A DNA stretch of 56,891 bases, counting the filler, from Jimgerdemannia flammicorona (taxonomy: Eukaryota), in NCBI GenBank assembly GCA_003990765.1. It is 2 parts of 2 records of this genome, joined end to end, with 100 filler letters (N's around TTAATTAATTAA, not from the genome) between each part and the next. Parts side by side here need not be neighbours in the genome. Positions count along the whole stretch, not along the records: positions 28,508 to 56,891 come from RBNJ01000565.1; 1 more part is not named here. One strand, written 5' to 3'. Position numbers and translations under genes: made by a program. Positions within the stretch are counted from its first letter, which is position 1. The number at the start of each line of letters is the position of its first letter. The notes under the pieces were generated by a model, which did no database searches, was not told the origin of the DNA, and saw only the letters and a list, made by a program, of their open reading frames with translations. This document shows positions 49,525 through 56,891 of this stretch, piece after piece.

Positions 49525-50417
49525 TTACAAGATTCTCATAAGAGTCAGGAGCATGGGCACAAGAAGGACGAAAGGTGAAGGAATAAAACCACGGTTAGCA
49601 GTGCCGGTGACCGTAGGCGTTGGGAACTTTATGGGACCGTACGAGGCGGCGGTGTTGATCGAGGATGCAGCGGGGGAAATGTTCGGGACGGAGATGACGG
49701 AGCTGACCGGGGCGGAGCTGACCGGGGCAGAGATGACCGGGGCGGAAATGACCGAGGCGGAGATGACCGCAGCGGACGTGACCAGGTCGGAGGTGACCGC
49801 GGCAGATGTGCTTGTCTCGGTCACAGCTTTATAGGTAGTCAATGTGTATGTGGTGTCCGTAACGCAAAGGTTTAGGGCCGCATCACATCTTTGCCCGGTT
49901 CTGCAGCAACCGCCGGTGCTGCAAGGTATGTCGTTAAGGCTGCAACCTGTATTGCAACGATTATTGGTAAGACAGGTCACACCAGTGGGGCAGCAGTAGG
50001 TATTACCAGGGCAGGCAGAATAGCCAGCACTGCATCTGGCGCACTGTAGATAGCCCACACACTTGACGAGATGAACAAAACATTGTGTGGTTTGTGCGAG
50101 AACGGGGGAAGGGAGTGAGGGAACAAAGAGAACCATTATCATGTTAGGAATCCAAAACCACGAAGTTGCGTTTGTTGAGATTTTTTGTGGCAACAAAGAA
50201 ATTCAAATCCATTTACCGTGGATCCTGTAGGACAGCAGGTGGCTCCATCGCTACAAGCGTAATATCCGAAGTCGCAGCCATAAACGGCGGCTGGCGAGGT
50301 GCCATTGGAGCCGATGGCTTGAAAAGGTCCCGAAATGAGCTGAAGACCTGCGACATCTTCGGAAGCCACAACATGAACGAGAGCAACGATGAGTGTCAGG
50401 AGACGGATCGAAGTCAT
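49525..50417 (-). CDS. Secreted Cys-rich protein with Ser/Thr/Val-rich stalk and GPI-signal-like tail, 2 exons (50417-50217 and 50043-49525; about 239 aa)
   Basis: Signal peptide MTSIRLLTLIVALVHVVA. Three C-x6-C-x4/5-CC-x2-G-x2-C modules. 15-nt repeats encoding VISAP/VSSAP. Hydrophobic end PFVLLVPMLLTLMRIL*. Phase-0 GT..CAG intron. Confidence 0.85.
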
Positions 50418-51158
50418 TTTGCTAAGCTACTTCAATGGATGAAGAAAAAAAAACCCCCCGTAGAACCCACCGCCAATTTATACAAAAATGCTTGTGCTAG
50501 TGAAAACGCCAAACGTTGTAAAATATTCAACAGATACACGGCTCTCACACCCGGGAACGAATAATTCTTTTGGTCATGTGGAACCTTGGATCTGGTTATC
50601 AATAAATAGTTCTCGGTACGTGTAACAATAGTCTACAGTATTTGCGTGTGACACGACTGCGGTGCGTAGCTGAACGACTGCGCGCGATTGCCGTGCAAAA
50701 CTGAATCATACCAATTAATACTAATTGAATTATTGATTGTCGGCCATAAATAATACCCCCAGGGCCCAAGTTCTTGCTACATCCCCTATTCACACTTATT
50801 GACAGACTCCATATATTTCAGATTAGCGAGGCCAGTCTGAATTCTTCACATTATGTATACAACGGTGCCCTCTGTGACCTGGTGCGAACCAGAATTGTGG
50901 AAGCCACAGACAATGGTTTCTATGGAACGATCGGTCGCACGATCGCCATCGGACATCCGGTATCCACTCCCCTGTATGTATGGCGTCGCAGCATAACCCA
51001 AATGATTGCCTGTACATTGCTGTCCGCTTAACACACCCAAACCACCATCAAATTGGGCGAATGTATCATTGACAACAATAAGTCAACATATTTTCCACCA
51101 AGGTTCTATGTGTCAAACGAAATGATCGGAATATAAAAATGACACCCTCTGGGGTATG

Positions 51159-54100
51159 TTTTTTTTTTTTTTTTTTTTTTTTATAGTCACTTGGACTCTA
51201 CCATTTATTACCCATCTATTAATAATTTTACAATTTACCCTTGCACTACCCAATCCCCATAGGAGTACCACTCCTCCTACATACACAAACAAAGACCACT
51301 TTTGCACTCACTACCCCAACTCTCCCCCCACTCTGCCTACAGATTTATTCTACCAAATGATGCCTTCGACCCCCCTTCAACCCCCAACCCAGCCACCAGC
51401 CTGTCAAGGTGTCTTCCATAAGGCTATGCCATCTCATCAGCCTGACCTCGGAGCCAAGTTTCCTCCCATCTTCAAAAACAAATAGCCAGTGACTGGCCAG
51501 TCCCACCCAAATGGCCAAAGCCCACCCTAATATCAGCTATTCCTTTCCCACCCCCCCCTCCAGTCTACTTCTTAAATCCTCCCAATGCCCCTGCACATTA
51601 GCTCTCCTGCACACTACTCCCAGATGATCTCTAATGTCCTGCCAAAAGGTACTAAGTACCTCATACTCTCCTAGCCAATGTTCAGGCATCTGTATATCTC
51701 CCTTCCTGCCCCACATCATAACACTCTTCACAGTCAAACCTCCCTCGATAAGGTGACAGGAGCAGAAGTTGAGCATGACATTTTGCCTCAGCATATGCCA
51801 CCAAACCACTCAGTACTTCGGCAGCAACCATCTCCTCATCTTGGCACTTCAGGCCCATATACTATATCAGTTCCACTCCTTGCTGATTCCTACACCCTAC
51901 CAACTGCTAGGCCACAGATCCTGGCCTGGTCCCTGTTGGCATTCGATCCCATCACCAATGTCAAACTCAAATAAGGGAATGCCACCTAGTAACACTTGGT
52001 CCCATCACCACATCGCTGGGTCCCAAGTCTCCTCCCCTTTATTTCCCTGCCACCTAATCCCAATGTGGCATGCTCCCTCTGCCACTCCCTACCAGAAGCC
52101 TTTGTATCATAATTGTCCAGAGTTCTGAAAGCCCATAAGCACTAGGAGATCACCTATCAAACCTCTCAGAGAGGACCTCATCTCCCAGACCTTCTGCAGT
52201 AGGGGAACCCAACCACTCCCTCACAACTCCACTGCTCTCTTCAGCCACCAAGCTCTCAAGCAGTGCAGCCTCTTAGGAAAGTCGACCAGCCCTAGTCCCC
52301 CACTTGCCACTAGTAAGGACAAGACCTCCCAGTTGATCTGACTCTGCCTTCCAGCCCAGATCCACTCCTTGGTCAGCTTCATCAATCACTTCATCATCCA
52401 AGCTGGGAAGTCTAGATAATAAGCCAGATACCACACCTTCGGCAGCCAATAGACATTCAGAATGGAAATACATCCTGCCAGAGACAATTGATGGCCCCCC
52501 CAGCTCCGCAGGGCCTCCTCCCAAATACCAACCTACTGTTCCCACCAAAGTCTGGGCAGAACTGACCCATATACTGACAGATAGATACCCAAATACCATA
52601 CTGTCTCACCAGCAGGAACAATTGTACCAATAATCTCTCTGCCCACTAGACTATTGCCTAACACCATTGTTTCGTACTTATGCCAATTAAGCCTAGCCCC
52701 AGAGTTCATCTCATACCACTCCACTGTCTCCTTGAGCTCCTCAACATCTACAACTGATCCCAGACTGACCACCATGTCATCTGCAAATGCCCCTACTTTC
52801 CACCTGATGCCAAAGATAGAGAGCTCCACTATCTTCTACCTGATTCTGTCCATGAAGGGCTCCAGAGACAAAGTGTACAAAATGGGGGACAGTGGGTCCC
52901 CTTGGGGCCCCCCCTACCCAGGGGAAATACTATCCCTCTATGTCTATTATACATGAGTGCTGCTCTACTCTCTTCCAGTAGGCTGACTATAGCAGTCCTG
53001 AACTGTCACAGGACTCCAATTCTGTCTAAAACTTTTGCCAACCAGACCCGCAACACTCTATCATAGGTCTTCTCCTGGTCCAAAAAGACCAGATGCCCAT
53101 CCAGTCCACTGGCTCATGCTCCTTCAATAATGCCATATACCCATGCTGTACCATCCCTGATGAGCCTGCCTCCAACAAAGCCCTGCTGCTCCTCACCCAA
53201 GACTTGCTGGGCCATCTTTTGCAACCTTGCGACCACCACTTTGGTAACCAACTTTCTGTCTATATCCAGTAGCATAATCGGCCTCCAGTTCTTCTAGTCC
53301 TCTCGGCTTCCTTTGTTCTTATAAAGCAATGTCACCAACCCTAGATCCTGTTCTCCCACCTATCTTCCCATCTGTAGAACCCAATCACACAGTGCCATCA
53401 TCTCTCCCACTATTCCAGGGACTCCCACCATCCTTTTCCAAAAGTCCCAGGGCAGACTATTCTCTCCAGATGTCATACCCAAGGTTGTCACAGCAAGAAC
53501 CTGGTGGATCTCCTCCTCTAGCACGGTAGTACTAAGTCATCCAACCCAGCTACTTAAGTAGGGTACCAATCCTCCAAAGCTTGATCAATGTCCTCAGCAC
53601 CTGCTCCACCCTTCTCCTCACTCCACAATCCACTCCAATGCTCCTTTAACAATCCAAGAATGTCTTGCACCCCATGTACCAATGAACCATCAGCATTAAG
53701 CACCCCCTCCTACCTTTGCTACACCCTTCTCGCCTGAAGGGCCCTTGTAAGAAACTTTGAGGGCTGCTCTCCTTCCTCTGCCCCTGCCAATGAAGCTGTG
53801 CTGCCAGACCCTGGACCCTTGCCTCTTCCTCATTCCACAGCACCTGTTATAGTTCAGCCACCTCCATTTGTAGCCTTATCAATCGCCAGTCCTCCTCTCT
53901 CTCCAATGTCGCCAGTCTTGCCCAGTCCTCCAAGAGTCTAGATAATCTATGCAATGCCCACCACACCTGCTGCTTCCTCTGTCTCTCCGCCTCTATACCA
54001 GTCTCACTCTAGAAGGCCCTGGCCATCTCCTTCATCCTCATCCACTAAATATCAACTATTACACCTCCCTGCCTCCAATACTCCACTTGCATTTGAATGA

Positions 54101-55950
54101 CTTTGGCCCATTTACTCCACAGGATCATATCATCTAGTAGAGAGGAATTGAGACACCAATGTCCAGGCCCATCCCCACTTCCCCCAAAATGTCCCTGCCC
54201 CAAAAGCCCCTAATGATCTGACCAAGGGCACCATTCTACCTCCAGTGACTTCCAAACATCTAGGCCCCAGCAGCTGGCTGTCAGAATCCAATCAATCCTC
54301 ATCCCCAGGCCTCCGGCCTAGTGCATGTATACCCTCCTATTCCCCCAACATTCCCTACCCACATCTACCAGAGCACTAAGTCTTTCCACTTCCTCCCATG
54401 CTGCCAGTCCTCTACTCCACCCCACAGCACCTCATCCTCCATCAGTTCTATCCCTCAATATGTCTCAGACCATATTGAAGTCCCTGCTGAGTACATCTAT
54501 CCCAACCTCCACAAGAATCTCACTCTTCTATAAGCCTGTCACCCAATTCACCCGCTTGCCCCATACTACCAGGCAGTAACAGGAGCCCACCATGACTGGC
54601 TCTCAACCTGCGCATATCTACTCTCCCCAGACCAATCTATCCCCCCAGCTCCACACATCCCATATCTCCTCTCTGCCCTTCTACACCAGAATTCCAACCT
54701 TGTCCTTCCAAACTGCCTCATCTCCCCACTCCTTCGTCCATTCCAGTCTATCAAGTCATTCTCACACCTGACATTCTGCAAGAGAAAGAGATCAGCCTCC
54801 AATCTCTTCAGCCAAATAAAAATGTTCTTATGTCAATAAGCGCCCCATAACCCATTCACATTCAATGAAAAAATGTTGGTTGTACTATTCATAAGAGAAA
54901 TTATATAGTTTCAGATGCGACCCCTACTGCTCCATGTCTACTTCCTCCTGTGCCCTATCCAGGTTGTGCTCAGCAATAGCTTCTGCTTCCTCAGTCCTCT
55001 TAGCCTCCAATTCAGCCAGAATTTCCACCATCTCCCCATTCTTCTTTTCCTCAAACTCCTCACAGTACTCCAAACAAGCCTCCTGCCAGAGCTGCAGTCC
55101 ATGTCTCTTAGTCCAATAGTGGGCAGCCCACTCATCTGCCACAACCACCAGAGCAGCTTTCCTCTCCTTATCTACCTCATACCCCTCCTCCTCCAAGTAT
55201 ACTGCTAGAATTTCTACCTTCAATGCTGCCACCACTCCATCTCCTTGCAGGATCCTTGCCCAATGCTCATCACTCATTACTTGGAGGTCAACTTCCCCCA
55301 GCTCTTCTGCTGCCAAGTTGTTCATCATCCGGCATACCTAGAGCAAGTTTCCCACCTCCTTCCCTCCTGGGGTTGCTGGCCTCCCTCTATCCAACATCAT
55401 AGTATCCACCCCTACACTTGCTGACTCATTCCATCCCTCCTCCAGGACATCTACCAATTCCTCTTCCCCAGTCACCTCTACCAATCCCCCCTTCTCTACA
55501 TTTGGAACTCCAAAGTGTACCTGCTGAGCACTGTGCATTGGCACATTCTCCATCACTCTACCTTTTGCTGCTGGACCCCTTCTGATAAGGAGAGAGAGAG
55601 AAGGTAAATCCTCCCAGGTTTCCTCCCAAACCTCCAGTGTGCTATCTTTATATGGATTCTTGCTTAACACCTTCATGGCCTCCACCTGCCCCCCCTCCTC
55701 ATTCTATCCACTACTAGCAGCCCAGACACTCGCCTCTGCACCTCTAGTGGTTGCACTATCGCTTACCTTTCTCATTACCTCTGCCTCCATTTTTGCCAAC
55801 AATTCCCTCTATCTTCTATACCCTTGGGACCTCTCCCACACCTCCTTGTTGATGTGGACTTGCTTTCCTCCAACCACTTCAAGATATATCGCTGCCTCGA
55901 ATGCCTTCCATGCTTTCACCCTCCTCTCAACTGCTACACTCAACTCTTCC
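51159..55950 (-). mobile_element. Second L1/Tx1-type LINE, inactivated, 5' end truncated or disrupted
   Basis: Poly-A tail 51159-51182. It shares the 3' terminus AGTCCAAGTGACTATAAA with LINE 1. RT motifs FLDQEKTYDRV, GDPLSPILY and VGAFADDMVV. EN motifs FSLNVNGL, EADLFLLQ and GDFN. Confidence 0.88.
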
Positions 55951-56332
55951 AGCACTTATATAGTTATCTCTCATAATATTTAATTCAAAGAGACCAAAAA
56001 GTAGAAAATTCATATGAAAATTTATCTCAACCAATCTAATAATATAGCTAATTTCAAAGATAAGCAGAATAGCACCTATATCAGTACTAGTATAATATAT
56101 ATATATACCAATAAGACTATTAGAGCCAAGAATTACAGAAATTATAGATGAGGATAACAATGAGAATACCTCTCTAAAAGATAAGAAAAAGTATAAATAT
56201 AGACTACAAAATGAAGTCAAAGTAGATTTAGGAGATTATTGAGATCAGTTTAAGATATTCTTTTATAAATAATATTATATAAACTATGTCTATAAGTATA
56301 TCTATATAGTAATGACTGATGAGCTAGCAAAC

Positions 56333-56891
56333 TGTAAGAGGGTTGCTTTTTAGGGTAACCGTTACGTAGTTCTGGAAGGGTTTTCTGGAAGTTCTGGATA
56401 TTCTGGAAGACCGTTTTCTTATGGTCAAGATCAATTTCGTATGGAGTACGTCCTCTACGCTTATTGATTTCAAGATCGGGTTGACGTCTCAACCAAAGTC
56501 CTTTTCTGGACTAGTTCTGGATGTTCAGGATTTTCCATATTTCAGGAAGTTCAAGAAACTAAGACCAGCTTAGTTGAATCGGCGTATCGCTGCAGACAAT
56601 ACCCAATTAGGAAATTTCGTGACAGGGTTAGGAGTAGAACCTAACAGAGAGCGGATTTACTTAAGAGTGGTTTGTGGGTTATGAAATAGGTTTATTCGCT
56701 ATTCATGATATTGCTATACTAGGAGTATTTGTGTGAAGGAGTATTGTTGGGAAGTATTCAGGAATGTTCTTGTGTGTTCGAGTCTTTTTTTGTCTGAGAT
56801 TCTGAGGTCTGGGGGAGGGGGTATTTATACTAGTGAGGGGCTATCTGGACTATGCTAGATATGGATGTAGCACTTAGTGCTTTGCTGAGTC
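56333..56891 (-). mobile_element. Second copy (3' part) of the 2-kb LTR-like element, running off the window end
   Basis: Starts TGTAAGAGGG, the reverse complement of CCCTCTTACA at 33741-33750, and shows high identity to about 33235-33750. Confidence 0.92.

Overview
Eukaryotic, intron-rich fungal DNA. The lineage is inferred to be early-diverging (Mucoromycota-like) but is not proven from this window. The left half (1-28.4 kb) is gene-bearing. It opens with a tandem array of three two-exon genes for secreted proteins made almost entirely of a (D/E)DDYKK hexapeptide repeat. It then carries an F-box/ankyrin-like gene, an NmrA-like gene, a palindrome of two decayed kinase fragments, a small BTB/POZ gene inside a local duplication, a GPI-type LysM protein gene, and divergent RRP43 and CSN3 genes (CSN3 is cut by an assembly gap). 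The right half (28.5-56.9 kb) is a nested transposon graveyard with heavy C-to-T/G-to-A decay. It holds a hAT transposase relic interrupted by a 2,028-bp solo-LTR-like element that carries its own 365-codon ORF, a full-length L1/Tx1-type LINE with a 15-bp TSD inserted in a copia gag, a non-autonomous LTR element with internal tandem repeats (two copies), a second LINE, and one intact Cys-rich GPI-type gene. The best novelty candidates are the DYKKDD-repeat secreted protein array and the ORF-bearing LTR. All coordinates were read by eye and no searches were run.
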